A DNA stretch of 49,166 nt from an uncultured Clostridia bacterium (GCA_944332395.1 CALVJV010000043.1:1-49166); one strand, 5' to 3'. Shown: positions 19,302 to 29,857, numbered from the stretch's first letter. Made by a program: numbers and translations. The notes: a model not told the origin generated them from the letters alone.

Positions 19302-20561
19302 ATGGAAACAGAAACAAATAAACTAATAATAAATGGCAAACAAAAACTAGAAGGGAAGATAAAAGTAGACAAAGCCAAAAATGCTTTACTCCCAATTATT
19401 GCGGCTACAATTTTATGTGAAGATGATATAGTCTTAAAAAATGTACCAAAGTTAACTGACATAAAAAAAATGAATGAAATAATAGTGGCTCTAGGTGGAA
19501 AAATAAATTGGACTGACAATAGCTTAACATTAAATACTTCAACAATAAACAACTATGAAATTCCACCAAAACTAGCCAGTGAAATTCGCTCTAGTATATT
19601 TATGCTCGGTCCAATATTAGCAAAACATAAATATGCGCGAGTGGTTTATCCTGGCGGATGCGACATTGGTAGTAGGCCAATAGATTTACATCTATCGGGC
19701 TTAAAAGATTTGAATGTAAAGATATTAGAAGAACATGGCTTTATATACTGTGACGGAAAAAACATGCGAAATGGCCTGGTTCATCTAGACTATCCTAGCG
19801 TCGGCGCCACCGAAAATATAATGATGGCATCAGTTTTTTTACGAGGAGAAACAACTATTTTTAACGCCGCAAAAGAGCCCGAAATAGTTGATTTACAAAA
19901 TTTTATAAATAGCATGGGTGGAAAAATAACAGGTGCTGGGTCAAGTACAATTAAAATTAAAGGAGTAAAAAAATTACATGGCACAACCTACACTCCAATT
20001 TCAGACAGGATTGTAGCAGGAACTTATCTTATCGCAACAGCAATGACCGGTGGAAAAGTTCTATTAGAAGATTGTAATTTTGAACATATTTACTCATTAA
20101 TTACAAAACTACGCAATTCTGGTTGCAAAATTGACTATGATAGTGATAAAATATTGATTGAGGCAAAATATAAACCACTATCTTGCCCAAGCGTAGAAAC
20201 TCAACCATATCCGGGTTTTCCTACTGATCTACAAGCTCAATTTTTAGCATTACAAACAATCTCTGAAGGCATTTCTGTTATAACTGAAAACATGTTTGAA
20301 ACAAGATTTAAGCATGTCCCAGAGTTACTAAAAATGGGAGCAAAAATCACCACTAGAGATCGCATGGCTATTGTTAGAGGTGGAAAACTCTTTGGAGCAA
20401 ATGTCGTGGCCCATGATTTAAGAGGTGGTGCAGCTCTAATTCTTGCGGGACTTGCTGCAAAAGGGCAAACCACAATTTCAGGGATACAATATGTTGATCG
20501 TGGATATGAGCAAATAGAAATAAAACTTGCAAGCTTGGGAGCAGATATAAAAAGAGAATAA
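19302..20561 (+). CDS. murA: UDP-GlcNAc enolpyruvyl transferase (inverted)
   Basis: AKNALLP, PGGCDIGSRPIDLH, SVGATEN, PGFPTDLQ, DLRGGA, DRGYE. Confidence 0.97.
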   Translation: METETNKLIINGKQKLEGKIKVDKAKNALLPIIAATILCEDDIVLKNVPKLTDIKKMNEIIVALGGKINWTDNSLTLNTSTINNYEIPPKLASEIRSSIFMLGPILAKHKYARVVYPGGCDIGSRPIDLHLSGLKDLNVKILEEHGFIYCDGKNMRNGLVHLDYPSVGATENIMMASVFLRGETTIFNAAKEPEIVDLQNFINSMGGKITGAGSSTIKIKGVKKLHGTTYTPISDRIVAGTYLIATAMTGGKVLLEDCNFEHIYSLITKLRNSGCKIDYDSDKILIEAKYKPLSCPSVETQPYPGFPTDLQAQFLALQTISEGISVITENMFETRFKHVPELLKMGAKITTRDRMAIVRGGKLFGANVVAHDLRGGAALILAGLAAKGQTTISGIQYVDRGYEQIEIKLASLGADIKRE

Positions 20562-20576
20562 CTTTGCCAAAAACAG

Positions 20577-21344
20577 ATGCGCAAAAAAAGAATAATAATA
20601 ATTTCATCTATATTAGGAGTCTTGGCAGTGCTTATAATTTTAACAAGCACCGTATTTATGTTGTCGTCTGTAAAAGTAAATTTCTTAACAAGCGGAATGT
20701 CAGTTTTAAGTGAAAATGATTCAAGTTCAATAATAAAATGTGGGAAATTTAATTATGGTGGAAACATCTTGTTTATGAATTTTGACAAACAAATTACAAA
20801 CATTGAACAAGCATTTCCTTTTGCAAAGGTGATGAAAGTTGAACGAAAATTCCCCAATAAAGCAATTGTCCATATTGTTGAAAGATCCCCCGCTTTTCAT
20901 GTCATACAAGATGGAATTGTATATATCCTTGATTCAGATTTAAAAGTATTGTCAGTTGTATACAGCGAAAACTTTAATTCATCAAATGAAAGCCTTCCAC
21001 CAAGCGCATTAAACTGTCCTCAACTTTTGGGAATTGAATTATCCAATAATTTAATATCTGGTCAATTTGAAAACAATGCCTCATTAATAGTTACAATAAA
21101 ATGCATAGAAGTTAATCTTCAAAAAATTTCACATTCAATATTAGAATTATCAACCATTTCAATACAAGATAACAATTTTATATTTAAAACACCAAATAAC
21201 GAAATTTACTTAGAAATAGAAGGTAATGAAAATTTAGATGATAAACTTATAAAAGGATTTGCTGCCTACTTTAAAGCAATAGAAGATGGAATTACAACAG
21301 GAAAAGTGCATGTGTATAATTCTGGAGAGATCCAAGTACGATAA
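20577..21344 (+). CDS. ftsQ: FtsQ/DivIB-type POTRA protein (inverted)
   Basis: Single N-terminal TM, POTRA ending VERKFPNKAIVHIVER; follows murA. Confidence 0.75.
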   Translation: MRKKRIIIISSILGVLAVLIILTSTVFMLSSVKVNFLTSGMSVLSENDSSSIIKCGKFNYGGNILFMNFDKQITNIEQAFPFAKVMKVERKFPNKAIVHIVERSPAFHVIQDGIVYILDSDLKVLSVVYSENFNSSNESLPPSALNCPQLLGIELSNNLISGQFENNASLIVTIKCIEVNLQKISHSILELSTISIQDNNFIFKTPNNEIYLEIEGNENLDDKLIKGFAAYFKAIEDGITTGKVHVYNSGEIQVR

Positions 21345-21373
21345 AAAACGAGTGATTTAATCACTCATTTTTT
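21343..21373. terminator. Bidirectional intrinsic terminator
   Basis: AAAAAACGAGTGATT-T-AATCACTCATTTTTT. Confidence 0.75.
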
Positions 21374-21402
21374 ATCATAATTAAAATTAATCTTTCCTTT
21401 TA

Positions 21403-22341
21403 TTAGTTAATAATAATATTTATAAAATTTGGAAAGTAATCCCTCCAACCAACATTTTGTTTTTCATATTTAATTATTTCCTCATAAACTTTTTTTACAT
21501 TACCGAATCCCATTTCATGTTCAGAATCCAAAAATTTTTTCACATTAATATTGCTTATTTTTTCATTTATTCTAATTGTCATAGCTCTTACAATTGTATC
21601 ATTTAAATACGCTTTTGGATTTTTATAATCTTGCGCTTTTAATTTATCAATAAAACTATCAGAAATTTTTAAGTTTAATGTATTTAAATTAACAAAATTG
21701 TGGCAAAATTCATGAATTATAATATGTGAATATCCATTATTAAATTTGTCAATTGTTTTAGAGTCCTGACTTAATAAACCAATATTAGCAATAATTTTAT
21801 TATTAATTTTAAATCCATGATTGGCATTAATTAACATAGGAACGATATTAACAATAAAATTCTGCTTTATTTTCTTTTTTAACAAGGATTCAAATTCCAA
21901 AATCAAAACTTTTTTATTTAATAATTTTTCAATTTCTAAACATTTTTCTTTGTAATACGATCTATTTTTATTAAAAAAAGAAACAAATTTACTATCTTTT
22001 GCAAAATCTGTAAGCGCATATAAAAATTCTTTTGCAAGATCAATATTTTTTAACTCATCTTTAAAATACTCTTCCAATATACCATTAAATAACAAATTTT
22101 CATTAATTGCAAAGGCCAACCTTATTGGGTTGTCATAACTAAATCCAACATCGTTTTGAGCAATTTTTTTTGCTAGTTTTACGCATTTATGCGTTTTAAA
22201 GGTTACAAAATGTTTATAAACTTTATCTCTATATGGGTCATTTAATTTAAATAAAAAATGCTCTTCTAAATATTCATTTCCTTGCGCCAAAGCTAAAACA
22301 ATAGCCATAAGTTCAGTTCGTTTATCAACGCAAATTTTCAT
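21403..22341 (-). CDS. DUF4932-like protein with HEXXH motif
   Basis: N-terminal VDKRTELMAIV, L.DFAKDSKF..FF, IIHEFCHNFVN, NDTIVRA. Confidence 0.65.
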   Translation of the reverse strand: MKICVDKRTELMAIVLALAQGNEYLEEHFLFKLNDPYRDKVYKHFVTFKTHKCVKLAKKIAQNDVGFSYDNPIRLAFAINENLLFNGILEEYFKDELKNIDLAKEFLYALTDFAKDSKFVSFFNKNRSYYKEKCLEIEKLLNKKVLILEFESLLKKKIKQNFIVNIVPMLINANHGFKINNKIIANIGLLSQDSKTIDKFNNGYSHIIIHEFCHNFVNLNTLNLKISDSFIDKLKAQDYKNPKAYLNDTIVRAMTIRINEKISNINVKKFLDSEHEMGFGNVKKVYEEIIKYEKQNVGWRDYFPNFINIIIN

Positions 22342-22413
22342 ACAATAAAAACAACGCTCCCTAATGTAATTAGTATATCAGAATAAATAAAATTAAGCAA
22401 GTTTTTGTAAATT

Positions 22414-23526
22414 TTAACTCATTTTACTCTGCTTTGCAACATTTAAACACACGCCAATCCCTGCCATAAACATTACAAGAGATGACCCACCACTTGAAAT
22501 AAATGGAAGAGGAAGTCCCGTTGGTGGAATTGAGCCGGTCACAACCGCAACATTCAACAACAATTGTATTGCAATTAGCCCACCTATTCCCGAGGCCAAG
22601 TAACAACCAAATCTAGACTTTGAATGACTCGCTATGACCACAATTCTATAAATTAAAAGAAAAAATACTAATAGAATTAAAACAGCTCCAACAAAACCAA
22701 GTTCCTCACCTATTACACCAAAAATAAAATCTGATTCTGCAAATGGTAAAAACAAATATTTCTGACGAGATTGAAAAAGACCAACACCAAACCAGCTTCC
22801 AGATCCGAGAGCATATAATGATTGAATTAATTGATAACCTTCACCTTGAGGAGAGGCCCATGGATTTAAAAAAGCTGATAATCTATTTAATCTATATGGT
22901 TCTATTATTATTAAAATAGGTATTAATGCTAGTGCAGGAATTATCAATAATAATAAATATTTTAAGGGTACCCCACCAATTAAAAGCATTGTTAGCATAC
23001 ACATTCCCACACACATTGTAATTGACATGTTCGGTTCCATAATAATTAACAAGCAAGTTATACATCCTGCCAATAAAACCGGCAACATTGCCCACCATTT
23101 TTTTATGTTTTTATTATTCTTTTCAAGATAAAAAGCTGCGAATAAGATAAAAGTAAATTTTGCAATTTCAGAAGGTTGAATAGAAAAAACACCTAAATTC
23201 AACCACCTCTTTGCACCATAATTTTCGACTCCAAGCCCTGGGACAAAAACCAATCCCAACAAAATCAAACCAAATATAAGTCCAATTATTGAAAATTTCT
23301 TTAGATTATTAAAATTAAAAAATGTAAAAAACAATAATGCAACAAAGCCCAAGCCCAATGCTATTGCCTGTTTTTTTACAAAAAACATAGAATCGTCATA
23401 TTTCAACTTTGCTGAATACATAGATGCAGAATATATCATCAACAATCCAAACAAAGTTAAAAATAACACACAAAATAGCAAAACATAATCAATTGATTTT
23501 AACTTCGCATATTTACTTTTTACCAA
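22414..23526 (-). CDS. ftsW: SEDS peptidoglycan polymerase FtsW/SpoVE
   Basis: GAKRWL, QPSEIAK, GYQLIQS, LPFAESDFIF..IGEELG, TGLPLPFISSGGSS. Confidence 0.93.
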   Translation of the reverse strand: MVKSKYAKLKSIDYVLLFCVLFLTLFGLLMIYSASMYSAKLKYDDSMFFVKKQAIALGLGFVALLFFTFFNFNNLKKFSIIGLIFGLILLGLVFVPGLGVENYGAKRWLNLGVFSIQPSEIAKFTFILFAAFYLEKNNKNIKKWWAMLPVLLAGCITCLLIIMEPNMSITMCVGMCMLTMLLIGGVPLKYLLLLIIPALALIPILIIIEPYRLNRLSAFLNPWASPQGEGYQLIQSLYALGSGSWFGVGLFQSRQKYLFLPFAESDFIFGVIGEELGFVGAVLILLVFFLLIYRIVVIASHSKSRFGCYLASGIGGLIAIQLLLNVAVVTGSIPPTGLPLPFISSGGSSLVMFMAGIGVCLNVAKQSKMS

Positions 23527-24790
23527 TTTCTTTTACTAGTTGTTTAAATATGCAACCTCGCTCCTCATAAGACTTGAATTCATCAAAACTACTCGTAGCA
23601 GGCGACAGAAGAACAACATCTCCTTTTTTAGAAATTTTATATGCTCTATCAACTGCTTCTTTTAAACCTTTTTCTAAAAACACATTTCTGACATTTGCCG
23701 ACTTTGCTGCTTCATAATAACGCCTGCCACAATTTCCAAATGCTATAATGTTTTTTACTCTGTCTTTTAGCTCTAAAAACATTGGAAAAACATCTAAATT
23801 TTTTTCAAAACCGCCAACTAATAAATTTATTGGGTTTTTAAAAGCTTTACAAGCAACAATTGTAGAGTCCAAATTAGTTGATTTTGAATCGTTTATATAG
23901 CTAACACCATTAATCTCTGAAACAAACTCAATTCTATGTTCTAAACCGCAAAAGTCCACAAGTCTTTTGCTAATTTGTTCTAGTGAAGAGCCCATTAAAA
24001 AAGCCGCGCAAATGCACATCATAATATTTTTTAAATTGTGCTCACCTTTAATTTTTAATTTCGATTCATTTACAACTATTTCATTTATATGATCAAAAGA
24101 AAAAATTATGTTGCCATTTTTTAAGTAACACCCATTTACTTTCTTTTTTAAAGAAATACTAATTATTTTACTTTTCACAAACGATGAATACAAATCAAAA
24201 TTTGCATCATCAGCATCTAAAATTGCAAAGTCATTTTTATTTTGATTTTTAAATATCTTAAGTTTTGTTAACAAATAATTATCATAACTACCATGCCAAT
24301 TTATATGATCAGGTGTTATATTTGATAATATGGCTATTTTAGGTTGAATTTTTTCACTGTAATACAACATAAAACTAGATAATTCTAAAATTATTACAGA
24401 TTCTTTTTTTATGTTTGATAAATTTGCACATATTGGATTTCCAATATTCCCCAAAGCAATTGATCCATCAATTAAAAAATTCAATAATGATACAATTGTA
24501 GTTTTCCCATTCGTGCCAGTAACCGCAATTATTTTGCTTGGATCTAATTCACAAACCCCTAAATCAATCTCTGAAACTATCGGCAAGTCAACATTATTAA
24601 TAGCAACAATCCAATTATTTTGTGGATTAAATCCAGGACTAACAACTGCAAAATTAAATGTTTTTAATTCTCTATTTTGATAAACTTCATCATTATCATC
24701 AACACAAATAGTTTTATAATTATTAATATTCAACCAAATTTCTGCAGACTTTGCGCTTTTTCCCTTTCCCAAAATAAGGACCTTTTTCAT
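23513..24790 (-). CDS. murD: UDP-MurNAc-L-Ala:D-Glu ligase
   Basis: VTGTNGKTT, ELSSF, NITPDHINWH, HRIE, NDSKSTN, LLSPATSSFDEF. Confidence 0.95.
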   Translation of the reverse strand: MKKVLILGKGKSAKSAEIWLNINNYKTICVDDNDEVYQNRELKTFNFAVVSPGFNPQNNWIVAINNVDLPIVSEIDLGVCELDPSKIIAVTGTNGKTTIVSLLNFLIDGSIALGNIGNPICANLSNIKKESVIILELSSFMLYYSEKIQPKIAILSNITPDHINWHGSYDNYLLTKLKIFKNQNKNDFAILDADDANFDLYSSFVKSKIISISLKKKVNGCYLKNGNIIFSFDHINEIVVNESKLKIKGEHNLKNIMMCICAAFLMGSSLEQISKRLVDFCGLEHRIEFVSEINGVSYINDSKSTNLDSTIVACKAFKNPINLLVGGFEKNLDVFPMFLELKDRVKNIIAFGNCGRRYYEAAKSANVRNVFLEKGLKEAVDRAYKISKKGDVVLLSPATSSFDEFKSYEERGCIFKQLVKEIGKK

Positions 24791-24804
24791 ACATTCTCCA
24801 AATT

Positions 24805-25806
24805 TTATAAAAATTCAAAGAGAAGTGTAACAAATCCCAAAACAAATGTAACAATAGCATAACAAGTAACTATTTTTGTTTCATGAATACCTTTTTTTTC
24901 GAAATGGTGGTGCAATGGTGCCATTAAAAAAATTCTTCTCTTCGTCTTTTTATAATATGCAACTTGAATGCAAACTGACAAAGCACTAGCGACAAAAACT
25001 GCCCCAATAATTGGAATAAATAATGTTGTTCTAGAAAAAATAGCAACGCAGGCAACAATTGCTCCCAAGGCCATTGAACCAGTATCCCCCATAAAGATTT
25101 TTGCAGGGTAAGCATTGAACCATAAAAAAGCAAGAAGTCCACCACATGTCGCGCTACAAAATACTATTAATGAAAATATTTCTTTCTCATTTCCAACAGA
25201 GAATGATCTTTGAGTATGGTTGCCTATTAATAACAATGCAATAAATATCATTAAAAAAATAAAAGTAGTAATAGTTGCAAGTCCATCAAGGCCATCTGTT
25301 AAGTTCACAGCATTCGTACAAGCCAAAAAAACAACAATAGTAAATGGAATTATAAAGTATTTAAAATCAACGCTTAAATGCCCAAATGGTATTTCAACTT
25401 CTGATCCAACCAAATTTGACTTATAAACATAAACGGCAACCAATGTTGCAACTATAATTTGAAATAAAATTTTTTGATATGGTTTAAGCCCTAAATTTTG
25501 TTTTAATTTTATCTTTATAAAATCATCTAAAAATCCAAGCAAAGCATAAGAAAATGTAATAATTAACGACATCACAGCTAATTCGCTATTTTCACGCAAA
25601 AATATTGCACAACTAATTGATAACGCAAAGAGAAATATTACCCCACCCATTGTGGGTGTACCTTGCTTGCCAGCATGCGCCTCCACATAATGCAAAATAG
25701 TTTGTTTTGCCTTTTGTTTTCGCATAAACATAATAACTAATGGAGCAATAATTATTCCAATAGTAAATGCCACAATAAAAGATAATATAATTTTAGTTAT
25801 TTCCAC
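24805..25806 (-). CDS. mraY: Phospho-MurNAc-pentapeptide transferase
   Basis: KQGTPTMGG, GFLDD, NAVNLTDGLDGL, FMGDTGS, MAPLHHHFE. Confidence 0.97.
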   Translation of the reverse strand: MEITKIILSFIVAFTIGIIIAPLVIMFMRKQKAKQTILHYVEAHAGKQGTPTMGGVIFLFALSISCAIFLRENSELAVMSLIITFSYALLGFLDDFIKIKLKQNLGLKPYQKILFQIIVATLVAVYVYKSNLVGSEVEIPFGHLSVDFKYFIIPFTIVVFLACTNAVNLTDGLDGLATITTFIFLMIFIALLLIGNHTQRSFSVGNEKEIFSLIVFCSATCGGLLAFLWFNAYPAKIFMGDTGSMALGAIVACVAIFSRTTLFIPIIGAVFVASALSVCIQVAYYKKTKRRIFLMAPLHHHFEKKGIHETKIVTCYAIVTFVLGFVTLLFEFL

Positions 25807-27253
25807 TTTTTTCCCCTTTTTCTATAATATTTAATATAGTTTTACTATCAGAATATTTTATTTTTTCTCCCATTATATCCATATAATTTTCAGCGCCTTT
25901 TCCGGCAACAACTAAAACATCATTAATTCCTAATAAAGAAATAGCATACTCAATAGCGAGTTTTCGATCTACTATTCTTTTGTATGATTTAATGCTCATT
26001 TGTTCAACAATCATGTCAATAATATCATCTGGGTTCTCATATCTTGGATTGTCACTAGTAATGACTGAATAATCCGCCAAAAGTTGAGAAATTTTGCCCA
26101 TGATGGGCCTTTTTTGGACATCGCGGTTTCCACCACAGCCAAACAAACTTATCAATCTTCCTCTTCTTGAATTGGCAATATCTCTCGCCGCCTTTAAGAC
26201 ATTTTGTAATCCATCAGGGGTATGAGCATAATCAATTATAATCATTGCACCATTCGTACATGCTATGGTATTAAATCTTCCTTCAATTATTGGCATTGTC
26301 TGCATTGCCTCAGCAGAATCCTGCAAACTAACACCTAATAATTTTGATGCAACCATTGCCCCTATAGCATTTGTACAATTAAATTTGCCCATAAGCGGCA
26401 AATTTACTAAGGTAAGTCCTTCTTGAGAATGTACATAAAATTTTTGCCCCGAATTTGTATTAATTAAACCTCTCTCAACAAAATCTGCATTATTATGTCC
26501 AAAACTAACAATTGGTATATTGCTTTCGTCCATAATCATCTTACCATATTTTTCATCGTTACACACAACACCGATTTTTGCATTTAACTTGTTAAACAAT
26601 TTTAACTTCGCATAAAAATAATTTTGCATACTAGAAAAATAATCAAGGTGATCTTGAGTTAGATTTGTAAATATTGCTACATCAAAAACAATTCCATTCG
26701 TTTTATATAAATCTAATGCATGTGCGCTAACTTCCATAGCAACCACTTCCACTCCCGCCTTACACATATTAAATAAAATTTTTTGCAAATCTATGGGGTC
26801 TGGTGTAGTTAAATTATTATCAAAGTGCACGCCATTCCAAACGCTACCACTGGTTCCAATCACTCCAACTTTATAATTATTAAATTCTAAAATATGTTTT
26901 AACATATAGGTAGTAGAAGTTTTTCCATTCGTACCAGTAACCGCTAACATTTTCATCTTGCGAGCAGGTCGTCCATAAAAGTTAGCGGCCAAAAGCCCAA
27001 CAGCCTTTCTCGTATTTTCTACTATAACAAGTGGTTTTTTAATCTCAACAAACTTATCAGAAACAACAGCACTTGCCCCTTTTTCAATAGCTTGTTCAAT
27101 AAAATCGTGTGCATCAACATGCAATCCTTTAATTGCTACAAATATTGATCCTTCTTTTACGAGATTTAATTTATCAGTGATGTGACAAATTTCTACCGAA
27201 TCATCTCCAATAATTTTGTGTTTAATATCAATCAACAAATCTTTTAAAATCAT
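25793..27253 (-). CDS. murE: UDP-MurNAc-tripeptide synthetase (mDAP-type)
   Basis: TGTNGKTS, MEVSAH, TNLTQDHLDY, DYAHTPD, DNPR. Confidence 0.96.
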   Translation of the reverse strand: MILKDLLIDIKHKIIGDDSVEICHITDKLNLVKEGSIFVAIKGLHVDAHDFIEQAIEKGASAVVSDKFVEIKKPLVIVENTRKAVGLLAANFYGRPARKMKMLAVTGTNGKTSTTYMLKHILEFNNYKVGVIGTSGSVWNGVHFDNNLTTPDPIDLQKILFNMCKAGVEVVAMEVSAHALDLYKTNGIVFDVAIFTNLTQDHLDYFSSMQNYFYAKLKLFNKLNAKIGVVCNDEKYGKMIMDESNIPIVSFGHNNADFVERGLINTNSGQKFYVHSQEGLTLVNLPLMGKFNCTNAIGAMVASKLLGVSLQDSAEAMQTMPIIEGRFNTIACTNGAMIIIDYAHTPDGLQNVLKAARDIANSRRGRLISLFGCGGNRDVQKRPIMGKISQLLADYSVITSDNPRYENPDDIIDMIVEQMSIKSYKRIVDRKLAIEYAISLLGINDVLVVAGKGAENYMDIMGEKIKYSDSKTILNIIEKGEKSGNN

Positions 27254-27268
27254 ATTTTAACTCCTTTT

Positions 27269-29167
27269 TTACTGATTCATTCTAACAAGAACTATATCCC
27301 CAACTTCAATTTTAGAGCCAGCACTTGGGATTTGACTTGAAACCACCCCAGAAGCACCTTCTACAATGTAATAAAGCCCTAGTCCAGCCAAAAGAGAAAT
27401 TGCTTCTGTTTGGGTCATACCCAACAAATTGGGCATATCAACATAGTGTTTTTCTTGTAATGGTTCCGATCTTTCAATATCCATATATTTTATAATTCCC
27501 TCCATAATAAGCTTGGCATAAGGTGCTGCAGCTGTTGCTCCATAATAAGAACCTTGAGGCTCATCGGCAATAACTAAAACCACATATTCTGGATTATCTG
27601 CAGGCAAAATGCCAATAAACGATGCAATATATTTTCCTTCAGCAATTTTCCCATTTTCGTACTTTTGAGCAGTACCTGTCTTTCCTCCAATTTTGTAACC
27701 ATCAATTTGGGCTTTTTTGCCTCCACCTTTTGCCACTACAGATTCAAGCATTTTTTTGATGCTTTTTGAAACATCAACCGAAACAACACGAGAATACACA
27801 GAAGAATTTTGAATATAAACAATATTTTGTTCATTATCAGTTATTTCTTTAATAAAATGAGGTCTCATAAACAACCCATCATTTACAATTCCTGAAACAG
27901 CACTAATTAATTGCAAGGGTGAAACAGCAATAGATTGACCAAATCCCATTCTGGCCAAATCACTTGATGTAACAAGTGATTTGTCCATCAGTATACCTGA
28001 AGAAGGGCTAAAAAAATCTATTGGTAATGTTGATCCAATTGAAAATCTTTTTAATTCATTATAAAACCTATCTAATCCAATTTTTAAAACAATATCCATA
28101 AAAACGCAGTTACAACTATTCATAAAACCTTGTTCCAAAGATTGAGATCCGTGTCCTGAATGCCTTGCGCAATTTATCTTTACACCATTCACTATTCTAT
28201 ATCCGGGGCAATAAAAATAACTATTTTCGTTAATAATTCCAAGTTGCATAGCGATTGCTCCAGTAATAATTTTAAAAGTTGAACCTGGTTCATAGCTATC
28301 CTGAATTGCAGAATTTCTAGATAATTGCATTAATTTTTCAATATCGTCTCTGGGCACATTATTCAAATCAAAGCTAGGTGTAATTCCCAAGGCCAATATT
28401 TCACCAGTTTTTGGATCCATGACTATGGCTGTTGCACTTTTTGGGTTTTGCTCATTTGTTAAATCTGCAAGAACTCTCTCAACTATAACTTGAATATTAT
28501 AATCAATCGTCGTGCTTAAATTAAAACCAGCAATTGACGGAATGTAAGAAACGCTTGTTCCTTCAAGTTGTCTTCCAGCATTGTCAGTTTCCGCCACTAA
28601 AACGCCATCTACTCCTGATAAATACTTATTATAAAAAGCTTCTAGCCCACTTTGGCCATCTCCATCAGAATTACAGTAACCTAAAATCTGACATAACAAA
28701 TTGTCATATAGATATTCTCTTGAAGAGTTTTCAGACAGATAAACCCCTTCCAATCCCGAGTTCTTAATTTCTTCTGCAATCTCTGTGTCTATTTGTTTTT
28801 TTATTACATATTCAGATGTTTTTGTATCATATATCTTTTCCTTTAAAACATCTATATTAAGTTCAAGAATCTCCGATAAAAAATTAAGAGTCTTTTCTTT
28901 TTGACTAATCGAATTTGGTCTAATATAAACATCATAAGTAGTATAACTTGAAGCAAGAACAACTCCATTCCTATCATAAATAGTTCCTCTTAATGCAGAC
29001 AATGGAATATCTCTCATCCACTGCTCAACAGCTTTTTTTGAAAGATTACGTCCATCTATTATTTGCACTATAAACAATCTTATTATTAACAAAAACAAAA
29101 AAAAGCCCAATGCTATAATTGCATAGATTAGTCTTTTTTTTGTCAAAACTGAACCATATTCAGACAT
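27269..29167 (-). CDS. spoVD: Class B penicillin-binding protein SpoVD-like with PASTA domain
   Basis: RGTIYDRNG, EPGSTFK, SCN, KTGTAQ, C-terminal PASTA. Confidence 0.9.
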   Translation of the reverse strand: MSEYGSVLTKKRLIYAIIALGFFLFLLIIRLFIVQIIDGRNLSKKAVEQWMRDIPLSALRGTIYDRNGVVLASSYTTYDVYIRPNSISQKEKTLNFLSEILELNIDVLKEKIYDTKTSEYVIKKQIDTEIAEEIKNSGLEGVYLSENSSREYLYDNLLCQILGYCNSDGDGQSGLEAFYNKYLSGVDGVLVAETDNAGRQLEGTSVSYIPSIAGFNLSTTIDYNIQVIVERVLADLTNEQNPKSATAIVMDPKTGEILALGITPSFDLNNVPRDDIEKLMQLSRNSAIQDSYEPGSTFKIITGAIAMQLGIINENSYFYCPGYRIVNGVKINCARHSGHGSQSLEQGFMNSCNCVFMDIVLKIGLDRFYNELKRFSIGSTLPIDFFSPSSGILMDKSLVTSSDLARMGFGQSIAVSPLQLISAVSGIVNDGLFMRPHFIKEITDNEQNIVYIQNSSVYSRVVSVDVSKSIKKMLESVVAKGGGKKAQIDGYKIGGKTGTAQKYENGKIAEGKYIASFIGILPADNPEYVVLVIADEPQGSYYGATAAAPYAKLIMEGIIKYMDIERSEPLQEKHYVDMPNLLGMTQTEAISLLAGLGLYYIVEGASGVVSSQIPSAGSKIEVGDIVLVRMNQ

Positions 29168-29217
29168 AAAAATTCTCCTAATAATTTATATTAAGAGAAC
29201 TTGCCTCTTATTTATCT

Positions 29218-29829
29218 TTAGAATAAATTACTAAAAAACTCACACAACTTATCAAACCAATTTGTTGGAGCCAAAACATCTGCACTCTGCTGAATATTCA
29301 ATACAATTCTTACCTTATCCGCCTGAGTCGCCTTACGCAATGCACTATTGTTTTCTGCTAAAAACTTTTGAATATACTCCTCGCTTTTAAATTCATCAAG
29401 TAGTCCCTGCAATGTTTCAATTTCGCTTTGTTTTAAATTGATAGCGCTTGCAAGATTATTAATCTCACGAGTTTTTACACTTAAAACAACAGCATTATAA
29501 ATTACCATAGTAAACAAGAGAACAACAACCAAACTACAAACTACAGCCAAAACTTTACCCCTTGGCGACAATTTATAACTTTTCTGATTATCAATACTTG
29601 CTGATTTACTTTCATTAGATGAAGGCAATATGTCAAATTTTGGTAATGTTTTTGTGCTTTTCTCAACTTTTGGCAACTCAAGTCCATTATATTCTGCTTC
29701 AACTTCAAAAACAGGTTCTTCTTCAACAACAGAAGGCGTACTAGTTTCTCCAAAATACGATTTTTCAATAGGCCTAGCGCCAAAATATTCTTTTTCGGTC
29801 TGCTCGGTTTCTTTTCTTGTCAAAACCAT
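29218..29829 (-). CDS. FtsL-position membrane coiled-coil protein
   Basis: Between rsmH and spoVD; one TM followed by heptad coiled coil. Confidence 0.6.
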   Translation of the reverse strand: MVLTRKETEQTEKEYFGARPIEKSYFGETSTPSVVEEEPVFEVEAEYNGLELPKVEKSTKTLPKFDILPSSNESKSASIDNQKSYKLSPRGKVLAVVCSLVVVLLFTMVIYNAVVLSVKTREINNLASAINLKQSEIETLQGLLDEFKSEEYIQKFLAENNSALRKATQADKVRIVLNIQQSADVLAPTNWFDKLCEFFSNLF

Positions 29830-29857
29830 ATATATGCCCTCCTTTTTAATTTAATTA

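Noticed and set aside
14209-21402. Recombinase-driven phase-variable inversion of sigG or murA-ftsQ
   Set aside because: No matching inverted repeats at the paired boundaries and no recombinase in the window; fixed rearrangements are more likely.
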